Positions 1 through 9,296 of a stretch of 43,500 bases of DNA are shown one piece after another (position 1 is the first letter of the stretch; each line of letters opens with the position of its first letter). Position numbers and translations under genes: made by a program. Under the pieces are notes generated by a model. That model was not told where the DNA came from. It saw only the letters and a list, made by a program, of their open reading frames with translations, and searched no databases. The DNA comes from an uncultured Lachnospiraceae bacterium (GTDB lineage Bacteria > Bacillota > Clostridia > Oscillospirales > CAG-272). The stretch covers positions 1 through 43,500 of the forward strand of contig CAZYCC010000006.1 in the NCBI GenBank assembly GCA_964645985.1. The letters are read 5' to 3'.

Positions 1-6
1 CTCCCG

Positions 7-870
7 TTAAAGCAGCTCCTCAAACGCGCGCGTCCCGGGCAAAAGACGCTCACCCACCCATGCGGGGGGGATCCCCTCGCCGGAAAGAATGGTCGCGCGC
101 GCGACGCGCAGAGAAACCGCCTCCCCGGAGGTGCGCAGGGTCGTCTTCAAGGTGAACGCGGGGGAGGGAGCGAGGGCGTGCTCCGGGTTTCGCAGGAGCG
201 CCGCCGCGCGGGAAATCTCCTCCTCATCGGCGGGGGAGAGGGAGAGCAGTGCGCCACCGTCAAAGAACGCGGCGGCAAAGCGCGCGGCGAACTCGTCCTT
301 GCTCCATGGGAGCGCGCTGAGTGCGCGGATGTTGCCGACCTCGCTGCGCACCGAGGGAATGGCGCGCGAGAGATACTGCCCGCGCGCGGTGAGCAGATCT
401 TGCAAAGCGGCGAGATCAGCATCGTAAAGGAGCGTGCCGTGGTGAAGGAGCGCTCCGTGCGAGACGCGCTCGGCGCTGCCCGAGATCTTCTTTCCAAAGA
501 GGAAAAGGTCGCTCGTGCGCTCGCGCCGCGCGGGAATGCCGAGGTCGTGCAAAATCCGCAGGACCGCCTCGAGCGGCGCGTCGTAGGAGGCGCCGAGCGA
601 GGGCGATGCCGTGAGAATGGTGTAGTTGAGGTTGCCCTCGTCGTGATAGACCGTGCCGCCGCCGGTCGCGCGGCGGAAAAACCCCACCCCGCGCGAGAGA
701 GCGAGCGGCAAATTGACCTCGGCGTAAAGATTTTGGTATTTTCCGCAGACGAGCGCGGGCGCATTGCGATAGAGCAGCCGCGTCTGCTCTCCCGCGAAGC
801 GTGAGAGGAGAAACTCCTCAAGCGCGAGGTTGCGCGCAGCATCGGTGTAAGGGGAAAAGAAGGTACGCAC
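7..870 (-). CDS. lplA: Lipoate-protein ligase A family protein
   Basis: 287-aa ORF with a GTG start. It has an LplA-type catalytic core (RRATGGGTVYHDEGNLNYT, GKKISGSAERV) and an LplA-like C-terminal domain. It starts 6 nt after the stop of the upstream antiporter gene, so co-transcription is likely. Confidence 0.8.
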   Translation of the reverse strand: MRTFFSPYTDAARNLALEEFLLSRFAGEQTRLLYRNAPALVCGKYQNLYAEVNLPLALSRGVGFFRRATGGGTVYHDEGNLNYTILTASPSLGASYDAPLEAVLRILHDLGIPARRERTSDLFLFGKKISGSAERVSHGALLHHGTLLYDADLAALQDLLTARGQYLSRAIPSVRSEVGNIRALSALPWSKDEFAARFAAAFFDGGALLSLSPADEEEISRAAALLRNPEHALAPSPAFTLKTTLRTSGEAVSLRVARATILSGEGIPPAWVGERLLPGTRAFEELL

Positions 871-876
871 GTCGAG

Positions 877-3237
877 TTACAAATATCTTTCCGCTAAGAC
901 GAACAGAATGATGACGACGATGCCGATGCACGCCGCCGCCATCGTGAAGTAGAAGCTTCCGGTCAGGCGCCGCCGCCCCTCGCGCAGCCGCAGTTTTTCA
1001 CGGGCGAGGATCTCGGTATGCCCCTCCCTCCCGGTCAGGATGTCCGCGGCGTGCCCGACCGCGTCGCCGAGAGCGCCCGCCGTGTGAGGCCGCCCGCGCA
1101 CGCCGACCGGGCGAAAGACCGTCCTCTGCAGCAGATACACGACCCCGTCGACAAGCGTGTCCGGCAGGCGCGAGAGGATATTCCCGAGCGAGCAGAACCC
1201 CGCGGCGAGCGCGTCAACGCCCTCCCCGATTTTGTCAAAGAAGCGCGCCACCACTCCCCCGACGCGGCAGAAATCAAAGGCGATCGCGTCCACACCCTGC
1301 CCGATTTTGTCGGGGACGCGCGCGAGCGCGGTGCCGACCCTCGTGAGGAGCGTAACTGCCGGGCGGTAGACGCGCGTCTCCAAATCAAGCCATGCCGGCA
1401 GAACGTCGCGATACTCCCCGCGCCGTATGAGCAGAGTTCGCACGAGGAGGAAGTAGACCGCAAGACCGATTGCCGCTGAGATAGCGATGCCGGAAAGCGC
1501 CTCCCCGCCGAATATTTCTCCCTCGTAAAATAGCCCTTTCCCCGAGAGAACCGTGCCGGCGCGCCGCCCGAGGGCGAGCATCGGCCCCGGCGCTCCCATC
1601 GGCAAAAGCAGGAGCGTCGCGAGCGAGAGGACAATTACCTGCCCTGCGCCGAGTGAAAAGGGAGCGGGGGCAGAGGGAGCCGAGGCAACGGTGGGCTTTT
1701 CTTCTTTCGGAAAAGAAGACGACGCGCCCTCGCGAGGGGAAACCGAAGCATATGCCGCGCGGGGAGAGGGGTTCATTCTCCTTTTTCTGAGGGGAGAAGG
1801 CGACCGGGTGGGAGCGGTCCCATCGGGCAGGGGTTTTTCGAGAAATAAGCAGACAAACAGCTTGCACATATAGGCGAGCGTGAGGCCACCGCTAAAGAGG
1901 AACACCCACTCAAACGCGCGCGCCGCGCCGCCGAGCGCGACTCCGACCTCGGCGACCGCCTCATGCAGCAGGGTTTTGCTGAGATACCCGCCGAAGAGCG
2001 GTATCCCCGAGATGTCAAGCGCTCCCACGAGAAAGCACACGGCGAGGAAGATGCGCGCCGCTCTTCCCTTCCCTTTTGCGCGCAGGTTGCAAACGCCGCG
2101 AAGGCGCGTGAGGTCCAGCGTATGAGCGTTTTGGTAAATCGCGCCGGCGGCGAGGAAGAGAACGAGCTTAATGCAGGAGTGGTTGAGCATATGCAGAACC
2201 GTCCCGGAGGAGGAGAGGGCAGACGGTTCTAGCGTCGCTGCCGCCACCCCCGAGAGGATAAAACCGATTTGCGACATCGACGAGCAGGCGAGCGTGCGCT
2301 TGAGGTCGGTCGAGAGAACGCCGAGGAGCGCTCCGAGAAGCATCGTCACGCTGGCAAGGGTCATCAAGAGGAGCGCCATCGTGCGCTCGCCGGCGAATAG
2401 GCGGGGGATAGTCAGAATAATTCCAAAGACACCGACCTTCGTTAAAATCCCCGAGAGCAGTGCCGAGGCGGGCGCGGGCGCGGCGGGGTGCGCCTTCGGC
2501 AGCCAGATATGCAAGGGGAACATCCCCGCCTTCGCGCCGAAACCGAGCAGCAGACAGACCCCCGCGATCCACAGTTTGACCGAGCGCAGCTTGCCGTGCA
2601 GAGCAGGCGCGAGCGCGGAAAAGGTCAGCGTTCCGGTGATGCTGTATAAGTAAACAATGCCGAGGAAGAGAACAAGGCCCCCGAAAATCGAAACGGCAAG
2701 ATAAGTCGCGGCGGCGGAGGTCGCACGCGCGGTCTGCTCTTGAACAACGAGGAGGACCGAAGCGAGCGAGAGAACTTCGAAAAAGCAAAAGCAGGTCAGC
2801 AGATCCGAGGCGTAAAAGACCCCCATCGTTGCGCCGAAGGTCAGCAGGAAAAAGAAGCCGTAGCGCGGCAGATGCCTCTCATCGCCAAAATAGCGCGGGG
2901 AGAACACCGCGCTCCCGGTGAACAAAAACGCGCAGACAACCCCGTAGAGCGCGCGGAAAAAATCGGCGGTAAAGTGAAAGCCTCCGGGCGCGCCGCGATC
3001 GCCAAGAAAGTCCGCGGGCGGCACCTGCCCACCCGCCGCGATGTGCGCGAGCGGCAGAAGAGACCCCGCGAGGGTCAGCGCGCAGACCGTAACGAGATAG
3101 GGAAACAGCCCCCGCGCGCTCCGCCCTCCCTTGCCCGAAAAGCAAAACACTCCCGCCGCCGCAAGTATCGGGAAAAACACCCCAAACGGCAAACACACCG
3201 CTACGGCCCAGGAGGGGAGAAGGAAGGGGAGGGACAT
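877..3237 (-). CDS. NuoL/MrpA-like antiporter-like subunit with a long C-terminal lateral helix and terminal TM anchor
   Basis: The ORF is open to a TTG at 3378, but a NuoL-like hydrophobic N-terminus begins at ATG 3237 (MSLPFLLPSW). It keeps the conserved TM5 Glu (FFEVLSL), TM7 Lys/His (GAKAGMFPLHIWLPKAH) and TM12 Lys (HSCIKLVLF). The C-terminal ~150 aa form an amphipathic repeat segment ending in one TM (FTMAAACIGIVVIILFVL). Confidence 0.8.
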   Translation of the reverse strand: MSLPFLLPSWAVAVCLPFGVFFPILAAAGVFCFSGKGGRSARGLFPYLVTVCALTLAGSLLPLAHIAAGGQVPPADFLGDRGAPGGFHFTADFFRALYGVVCAFLFTGSAVFSPRYFGDERHLPRYGFFFLLTFGATMGVFYASDLLTCFCFFEVLSLASVLLVVQEQTARATSAAATYLAVSIFGGLVLFLGIVYLYSITGTLTFSALAPALHGKLRSVKLWIAGVCLLLGFGAKAGMFPLHIWLPKAHPAAPAPASALLSGILTKVGVFGIILTIPRLFAGERTMALLLMTLASVTMLLGALLGVLSTDLKRTLACSSMSQIGFILSGVAAATLEPSALSSSGTVLHMLNHSCIKLVLFLAAGAIYQNAHTLDLTRLRGVCNLRAKGKGRAARIFLAVCFLVGALDISGIPLFGGYLSKTLLHEAVAEVGVALGGAARAFEWVFLFSGGLTLAYMCKLFVCLFLEKPLPDGTAPTRSPSPLRKRRMNPSPRAAYASVSPREGASSSFPKEEKPTVASAPSAPAPFSLGAGQVIVLSLATLLLLPMGAPGPMLALGRRAGTVLSGKGLFYEGEIFGGEALSGIAISAAIGLAVYFLLVRTLLIRRGEYRDVLPAWLDLETRVYRPAVTLLTRVGTALARVPDKIGQGVDAIAFDFCRVGGVVARFFDKIGEGVDALAAGFCSLGNILSRLPDTLVDGVVYLLQRTVFRPVGVRGRPHTAGALGDAVGHAADILTGREGHTEILAREKLRLREGRRRLTGSFYFTMAAACIGIVVIILFVLAERYL
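1211..1311 (-). repeat. 75-nt tandem duplication inside the NuoL-like gene
   Basis: GCGTCAACGCCCTCCCCGATTTTGTC (1211-1236) and GCGTCCACACCCTGCCCGATTTTGTC (1286-1311) match at 23 of 26 positions. They encode the repeated peptides ARFFDKIGEGVDAL and ARVPDKIGQGVDAI. Confidence 0.8.
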
Positions 3238-3631
3238 GAGAAGCAAGAGAAACGGGAAGGGAATTATACCGGCGGAAAAGGCAGCAGCGAGATTTCCGCG
3301 CGCAAGCGGGGAAATCTTGCGGTAGGGAAAGGGCGCGCGCGAAAATACGGCGCAGCGGAGAGGGGAGGTAGCGCGCAAAACCGCGCTGCGCGCGGGGTTT
3401 TGCGCGCCCGCCGCAGACAGGAGCAGTGAGGGGGGAGGACAAGCAGTACTGACCTAACCGCAACACCTTATTCCCGAGGGAGGAGCGGAAATTACGATAA
3501 AAGCAGTGCAGTTTCCCCGAAAACTAAATCCGAGAAGTTGCGCCTTAAAATTCGCCCCGGAGGGATCACCCCTACAAGAAGGCGAAAAAATCCCTCGGAA
3601 AATCACGAAAGCGGCACGCCCCGGGGGAAAA

Positions 3632-5128
3632 TCACCCCCCGCCAATGGAAATGGCGCTCACCAGCCGAAGCATAGGCCCGGGAAAAATCCCGCAGAGGAT
3701 GATGAGCAGCGCGCACACAAGCGCGGGAAGGAGCATTCTCCATGAGGGATCAGCGCGGGAGGAGGGGAGCGCATCACCGAGAGGAGCGGAACCGTCACGC
3801 TTTGGGAAAAACGCGCGGATGACCACCGTCAGCATATACACGGCGCAGAGCAGCGCCGAAACGAGTAGCGCGGCAAGAGCGGCGTATCCAAGCGGCGTTC
3901 CGACGGAAAGAGCCGCCTCCAGCAGAGAAAATTTTGAGACGAAACAGCAAAAGAGCGGCACCCCGGTTAGCGATAGGGCGCTCACCGTGAAGAGGGCGAA
4001 GGTTTTCGGCATCACACGGCCAAGCCCCTCCAGCTCAAAGAGATACTCGCGCCCGGTCTTAACCTTGACCGCGCCCGCGCAAAAGAACGCGGTGATCTTC
4101 GTAATCGCATGAAACGCCATGTGGCATAGTCCCGCCGCAAACCCCGCCGGCGTTAGCAGGAGAACCCCGGTAAGGACGTAGGAGAGGTTGCTAACCGTCG
4201 AATAGGCCAGGCGCCGCTTAAAATGACGCTCGCGCACCGCCATCACCGCGCCGATGACCACCGTCGCGAGGACGAGGACGAGCGGGATTTTCTGCGCCAT
4301 CGTCCCGCGCAGCAGGGTGGGATCGAAGACATAAAAAGTAATGCGCATGACGGCGAACACCCCCGCCTTGACGACCGCGACCGCGTGCAGGAGCGCGGTC
4401 ACCGGAGTCGGCGCGACCGAGGCGGTCGGCAGCCATCCGTGAAAGGGGAAGACCGCCGCCTTGACCGACAGCCCGAGGAAAAGGACGATGTACATCGCGG
4501 TGTAAAGCGTCGAACCGCTCTTTACGATGCCGCCGTAGGTGAAATCGCCGCCGTAGCCGTGGTAAAGGAGAACTATAATTCCCGTGAGAGCGAGCGCGGC
4601 GCCGCCGATCGAGTAAATCGCGTACTTGCGCGCGGCGCGGCGGTGTTCGGCGGAAAAGCCGTGCAGGACAAGGGGAATGGTCGAAAGTGTGAGAAATTCG
4701 TAGAAAATATAGAGCGTGAAGAGATTTCCGGCAAAGCAAACCCCGAGTGTCACGCCGTAGGAGAGCAGATAAAAGAAGAAGAAAGCGAGCGGACGGGTGT
4801 CGCTCTCCATATACTCGCTCGCGTAGAGCGTGGCAAGCGGCCAGAGCAGCGCGACAAGCCCGGCGAAGAAGCGCCCGAGCCCATCCATGCGCAAAAGGAA
4901 GATCAGCGAAAGACCTTCCATCGTCATTGTCGCGCGCAAGGGGGCGACATCCGCGAGCAGCAGCAGGCAGACGATCAGGCTGTTCGCGAGGGACAGGACA
5001 AAGGCGAAGCGCGCGACCCCCCGCTCCCCGAACGGCACCCCGCGCACCCGCCTGTACGCGAGCATTCCCACGCCCCCAATAAGGGGGAGCAGGAGCGGGA
5101 GCAGAAGGGTAAAACCGGGCAGAGACAT
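3632..5128 (-). CDS. mrpD: MrpD/NuoN-like antiporter-like subunit (paralog 3)
   Basis: 498-aa polytopic ORF with an ATG start and natural N-terminus (MSLPGFTLLLPLL). Signatures present: IFYEFLTLS (TM5 Glu), SVKAAVFPFHGWLP (TM7 Lys/His), HAITKITAFF (TM12 Lys). Confidence 0.85.
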   Translation of the reverse strand: MSLPGFTLLLPLLLPLIGGVGMLAYRRVRGVPFGERGVARFAFVLSLANSLIVCLLLLADVAPLRATMTMEGLSLIFLLRMDGLGRFFAGLVALLWPLATLYASEYMESDTRPLAFFFFYLLSYGVTLGVCFAGNLFTLYIFYEFLTLSTIPLVLHGFSAEHRRAARKYAIYSIGGAALALTGIIVLLYHGYGGDFTYGGIVKSGSTLYTAMYIVLFLGLSVKAAVFPFHGWLPTASVAPTPVTALLHAVAVVKAGVFAVMRITFYVFDPTLLRGTMAQKIPLVLVLATVVIGAVMAVRERHFKRRLAYSTVSNLSYVLTGVLLLTPAGFAAGLCHMAFHAITKITAFFCAGAVKVKTGREYLFELEGLGRVMPKTFALFTVSALSLTGVPLFCCFVSKFSLLEAALSVGTPLGYAALAALLVSALLCAVYMLTVVIRAFFPKRDGSAPLGDALPSSRADPSWRMLLPALVCALLIILCGIFPGPMLRLVSAISIGGG

Positions 5129-5341
5129 AAGCGGGGAGGAGAGGGACTATGGGAGGGAGCGCAATTCGCGGGCGCGGGAGCGATCGTTTCCCCGCACGAC
5201 GCGAGGGTGAAAGGGGGCGGTCATTTTGCCGCGCGACGCGGGGGTTTCCGCGAAGGAAGGGTTTGGGTTATGCGCAAGGGCGGACGGACGGGGAGGACAA
5301 TACCCCGGGAGCGGAGCGCGGCGATAATGCGGGGGCGCTCA

Positions 5342-6820
5342 TCACGCCATCCCGGCGACGAAGCCGAGGAGCGTGTCGGTAAGGGGCCCCGCGAAAATGC
5401 CAAGCAGGAGCGAGAGCGCGGTGAAGAGCAGCATCGGAGCGAGCATTCGAGCATCCGCCTCGCAGGAGGTGACCGGCGCGTCCTCGTCGCTTCCCTTCTT
5501 CGGGAAGAAGCCGCGCAGCACCGGGGGGAGCAGATACCCCGCCGTCAGCATTGCCGAGAGGACAAGCACCGCGGGCGCAATCAGTCCATATATCGGGAGG
5601 CGAAAGCCGAGCGCGCCGCTGCACAGCTCCCATTTCGCACTGAAGCCGAGAAAAGGCGGAATCCCAATGAGAGAAAGAGAGCTTAAAAGGTAACACCAAG
5701 CGGTCACCGGCATACGGCGGCTCCAGTTCCCGAGCTCGTCCACGCTCGCCTCGCCCAGCTTGTGCATCACCACGCCCGAGACGAGGAAGAGCGTCACCTT
5801 AGCAAGGGCGTGCGCGAGGATTTGCAGCCACGCGCCGCGCAGCCCCGCCTCACTGAGCAGCGACAGCCCGAGCATCGCGTAGGAGATGTTGCTGACGCTC
5901 GAGTAAGCAAGCCGCCGCTTGAAGTGCCGCTCGTGCAGGGCGAGCATCGACCCCATAAAGATGGTGAGCAGCGCAATGATAAGCCAGGCGTACTGCACCC
6001 ATGTCCCGCGCAGCAGATCAACGCCGACCGCCTCGTAGACAAGGCGCATCACCGCGAAGACGCCCGCCTTCGCGATAAGACCCGAGAGCAGGGCGGACGC
6101 AGGCGCGGGAGAGACCGGGTGCGCCGCCGTCAGCCAGGCGTGCAGGGGGAACATCCCCGCCTTCGCGCCGAACCCGAGGATCGCAAGGAAGACGAGCGAT
6201 AGCAGCACCCCGCCGTGCCCCGCGAGCTTTGCGCCGTCGAGGATGCCGCCGGCGGTGAAAGAGCCGTCTCCGCCCGCCCACAGGCATACGGCGACAAGGC
6301 AGGGCAGCGCGAGGAAGGCGCCGCAGATCGAGTAGAAGAGATATTTTTTTCCGGCAGCGATCGCCTCGGCGGTGCGGTTCTGCAGGACGAGCGGGAGCGA
6401 GAGCAGGGTCAGCGACTCAAAGAAAAGGTAGAGCGTCAGCAGATTCCCGGCGTAGGAGACGCCGATGAGCGCGCCCAAGGAAAGCAGCAGAAACGCGTTG
6501 AAGCGCTTCTCGTCGCGCACGCTCTCCTCCTCCATATAGGAGCGGGAATAGACGACGGTCGGCAGCCATATCGCCGCGCACAGGGCAGCAAAGAGCTTCC
6601 CGGCGCCGTCGGCGCGCAGCAGAAACGGGAATCCCGGCACAATCGAAAAGAGCGACAGCTCCCCTCCGAGGGCGGCCGACGCGAGGGTGAGCAGTAGCGT
6701 CAGCGCGCTCGCGGCGAGCGTTAAAGCAAAGAGACGCCGTTTCGGCAGCCGCCGCGCGGGCAAAAACCCTATGGCAGCTCCCGCGGCAAAAGGCAAAATT
6801 ACAGCAAAGAAGGGAAGCAT
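5342..6820 (-). CDS. mrpD: MrpD/NuoN-like antiporter-like subunit (paralog 2)
   Basis: 492-aa polytopic ORF. Signatures present: LFFESLTLLS, GAKAGMFPLHAWL, HALAKVTLFL. Confidence 0.85.
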   Translation of the reverse strand: MLPFFAVILPFAAGAAIGFLPARRLPKRRLFALTLAASALTLLLTLASAALGGELSLFSIVPGFPFLLRADGAGKLFAALCAAIWLPTVVYSRSYMEEESVRDEKRFNAFLLLSLGALIGVSYAGNLLTLYLFFESLTLLSLPLVLQNRTAEAIAAGKKYLFYSICGAFLALPCLVAVCLWAGGDGSFTAGGILDGAKLAGHGGVLLSLVFLAILGFGAKAGMFPLHAWLTAAHPVSPAPASALLSGLIAKAGVFAVMRLVYEAVGVDLLRGTWVQYAWLIIALLTIFMGSMLALHERHFKRRLAYSSVSNISYAMLGLSLLSEAGLRGAWLQILAHALAKVTLFLVSGVVMHKLGEASVDELGNWSRRMPVTAWCYLLSSLSLIGIPPFLGFSAKWELCSGALGFRLPIYGLIAPAVLVLSAMLTAGYLLPPVLRGFFPKKGSDEDAPVTSCEADARMLAPMLLFTALSLLLGIFAGPLTDTLLGFVAGMA

Positions 6821-7053
6821 AAGAAAGAAAATGAAGCGGCGCGGCGAAGGTCACCCGCGCGGGAAAAAGAGAAACGTTCAGCGCGCAAACCGCACCGCGC
6901 GATGGCGCTATCAAAGGAGAACCGCCCCCGCCGCGATGCGCGGCGCAAACGGCAAGCGAATTTCGAGCCACGCCCGGATCGAGGCGATCCGGTGCGGTGC
7001 GCGATTGCCCCGCGAGGAGGGAACAAAGGCGGCGCGCGTGAATGGTGAGTGAC

Positions 7054-8604
7054 TTACAGGACGGCGAGCCCGCGCTCGATGAAGGGGATGATAACACCGG
7101 CGAGGACACCGAGCAGGAGGTTGCACGCGGTGAGAGCTACGCCGGAGACGGCAAACGCCGCGCGCTCGGCGCGTGTGGGGCCGCTGCCGTCCTGCTCGCC
7201 GCGCGAGCGGAGCAGGAAGAGCAGAGCGCTGCCGTCGAGCGAGGTCGGCGCGTCCTCGGGGGTGTAGAGGGTCATCACCGTGTGGAAAAAGTAAACGACA
7301 TTGAGCACGGTCGAGAGGGCAACGACGGCGAGCACCGTCACCGCGACGAACCCGCTGTGCGCGAGCGCCGCCCGCCCAAAGAGAATCTTCGAGAAGAACC
7401 CCGCGAACACCGGCACGCCGACCATCGAGAAAGCTCCCCCGGTGAAAACAAGCGCGGCGAGCGGCTCGCGGCGCCCCGCGCCGCGCAATGCGCGAAACTC
7501 CGCTCCGCCCGCCGCCTCGCGCAGCCGCCCTGCCGAAAGGAAGAGCGCGGGCTTGGTCAGCGTATGAACGAGGATATGAAAAATCGCGGCGGTATAGCCG
7601 AGCGTGCCGCCGAGACCTATTCCCACATAGATATAGCCGATCTGCGCGGCGGAGGAATAGGCAATCATCCGATCGATGCGCTTTTGCGAAATAGCGCTGA
7701 CAGAGCCAAAGAGAATGCCGCAGAGCCCGAGCAGCAGCAGGATATGCCGCGCCGAGACGACCGCGGGCGTGCCCTCCCCGAGGACGCGCACGAGAATCTT
7801 AATGAGCAGAAAAATGTACCCCTTGGAAACGACGCCGGAGAGCAGGCAGGACGAGGCGGGCGTCGCGTAACCGTAGGTGTCCGGCATCCAAAAGTGAAAG
7901 GGGAAGAGGCCGCTCTTCAGCCCGAGCCCGATGCACATGAGAATGGTCGCGACGGCGAGCGGGAAGGGGTCGTTGCCCGCCGCGTGAAAGGCGTCTACCC
8001 TCTCGCGAATCGACACCATCAGGAGGTTCCCGGTGACGCTGTAGGTCAGGATAACACCGAGCAGAAACAGCCCGCTGCCGAGCAGGTTCATGATCATATA
8101 GCGCACGGCGGCGAGCGTCGTGCGCCCGATCCCGCGAACAATCAGAATGCCGCAGGCGGAGAGAGTCAAAATCTCAAGGAAAACATACCCGGTAAAGAGG
8201 TCGTTTGTGTAGATCATCGCGAGCATCGCCGCGCCGATGAGGTGAAAGAGCAGGCAGTAGCTGCCGCGCTTGCCCTCGGCGACATCGCGCTCGACATAGC
8301 GCCAGCCGCCGAGCAGTGAGAGGAAAATCACCCCGTCAAAGACGGTGGCGAGCAGGGTCTCGAGCGGGCCGAAGCGAATCTCATTGCCCCACGGCGCGGG
8401 GAAGTGCCCCATCATGTAGGTGACCGCGCCGCCGTCTTTTTCCGTGAGGAGATAAATGAGCGTGCCGAGCGAGAGCAGCAGGCAGACCCCGCGCAGGGCA
8501 AGCGTGAAGTTCCGCGCCGCCTTCCCGCGCAAAAAAATACATACCACCGCCGCGAGCAGCGACAGGATGATCGAAAAGAGCGGGAAGTTCGCGGGGAAAT
8601 CCAT
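7054..8604 (-). CDS. mrpD: MrpD/NuoN-like antiporter-like subunit (paralog 1)
   Basis: 516-aa polytopic ORF. Signatures present: VFLEILTLS, GLKSGLFPFHFWMPD, HTLTKPALFL. Confidence 0.85.
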   Translation of the reverse strand: MDFPANFPLFSIILSLLAAVVCIFLRGKAARNFTLALRGVCLLLSLGTLIYLLTEKDGGAVTYMMGHFPAPWGNEIRFGPLETLLATVFDGVIFLSLLGGWRYVERDVAEGKRGSYCLLFHLIGAAMLAMIYTNDLFTGYVFLEILTLSACGILIVRGIGRTTLAAVRYMIMNLLGSGLFLLGVILTYSVTGNLLMVSIRERVDAFHAAGNDPFPLAVATILMCIGLGLKSGLFPFHFWMPDTYGYATPASSCLLSGVVSKGYIFLLIKILVRVLGEGTPAVVSARHILLLLGLCGILFGSVSAISQKRIDRMIAYSSAAQIGYIYVGIGLGGTLGYTAAIFHILVHTLTKPALFLSAGRLREAAGGAEFRALRGAGRREPLAALVFTGGAFSMVGVPVFAGFFSKILFGRAALAHSGFVAVTVLAVVALSTVLNVVYFFHTVMTLYTPEDAPTSLDGSALLFLLRSRGEQDGSGPTRAERAAFAVSGVALTACNLLLGVLAGVIIPFIERGLAVL

Positions 8605-8837
8605 AAAAAGCGAATAGCGAGGTGCGGGGGGAGAGAAAATCGCGGGTGGAGAGCGGCGGAGGGGAGAAGCGGCGGCAAGGCGCAGGCCGCGCGGCGAAGA
8701 GGCGGCCGGTACGAGCGCCGGATGTCATTTCGGCGCGGGCGCGAAGGCGCGAAGGAGGCTGCCGCGGGAGAGGGGAGTCGCGGGGCTGCCGGGGGGCGTT
8801 CTTGTCAAGGCGAGGGGGCGCGGGAGACGAGCTGCCC

Positions 8838-9263
8838 TTACTCTTGCGTGCCGGTTTGCTCGGGGAGGACAAGACCTCCGGCATCGGCGCGGGCAGCGGT
8901 GTAAATCTCGTCGAGGTCGAGCGTGTGATAGCGCTTGTACAGGCGCGCGGCGAGAGAGAGCATCACCGCCGTCACCGAGACCGAGACGACAATCCCGGTC
9001 AGCACCAATCCCGCCGGGATGGGGTTGACATAGTCGCTCGCGTTCGGAGCCGCCGCCGGATCGGTGAGGATGGGCGTGGCGCGCCCCTCGATGTAGCCGA
9101 AGGACGCGAGAAAAAGATAAACGCCGGTGTCCATAATGTTCATCCCGACAATCTTCTTAATGAGATTGCGGTGGAACAGCAGGCAAGTAAACCCGATGCC
9201 GAAGAGCAAAATGGCAAAGACCTCCTCGTAATTTTCGAGGAAGCGCGAGAGCAGTGCGGACAT
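8838..9263 (-). CDS. mrpC: MrpC/MnhC (NuoK-like) cation:proton antiporter subunit
   Basis: 141-aa protein with three TMs. It carries the MnhC-like motif NLIKKIVGMNIMDTGVYLF and a conserved IPAGLVLTGIVVS region. Confidence 0.8.
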   Translation of the reverse strand: MSALLSRFLENYEEVFAILLFGIGFTCLLFHRNLIKKIVGMNIMDTGVYLFLASFGYIEGRATPILTDPAAAPNASDYVNPIPAGLVLTGIVVSVSVTAVMLSLAARLYKRYHTLDLDEIYTAARADAGGLVLPEQTGTQE

Positions 9264-9296
9264 AAGATAGGGGGAAAAAGAGAGGAGCGGCAGGCG

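Noticed and set aside
2740-8319. Long plus-strand ORFs antisense to the antiporter genes (for example 2740..3429, 4223..5686 at 487 aa, 5762..6202 and 7042..8319 at 425 aa).
   Set aside because: Their translations are Arg/Gly/Glu/Pro-rich low-complexity strings with no motifs. They lie entirely opposite well-supported membrane-protein genes. These are typical shadow ORFs of GC-rich DNA.
8803-8808. Internal promoter in the mrpC-D1 spacer (minus-strand TTGACA).
   Set aside because: No -10-like hexamer lies 16-18 nt downstream; the sequence there is CCCCGC.
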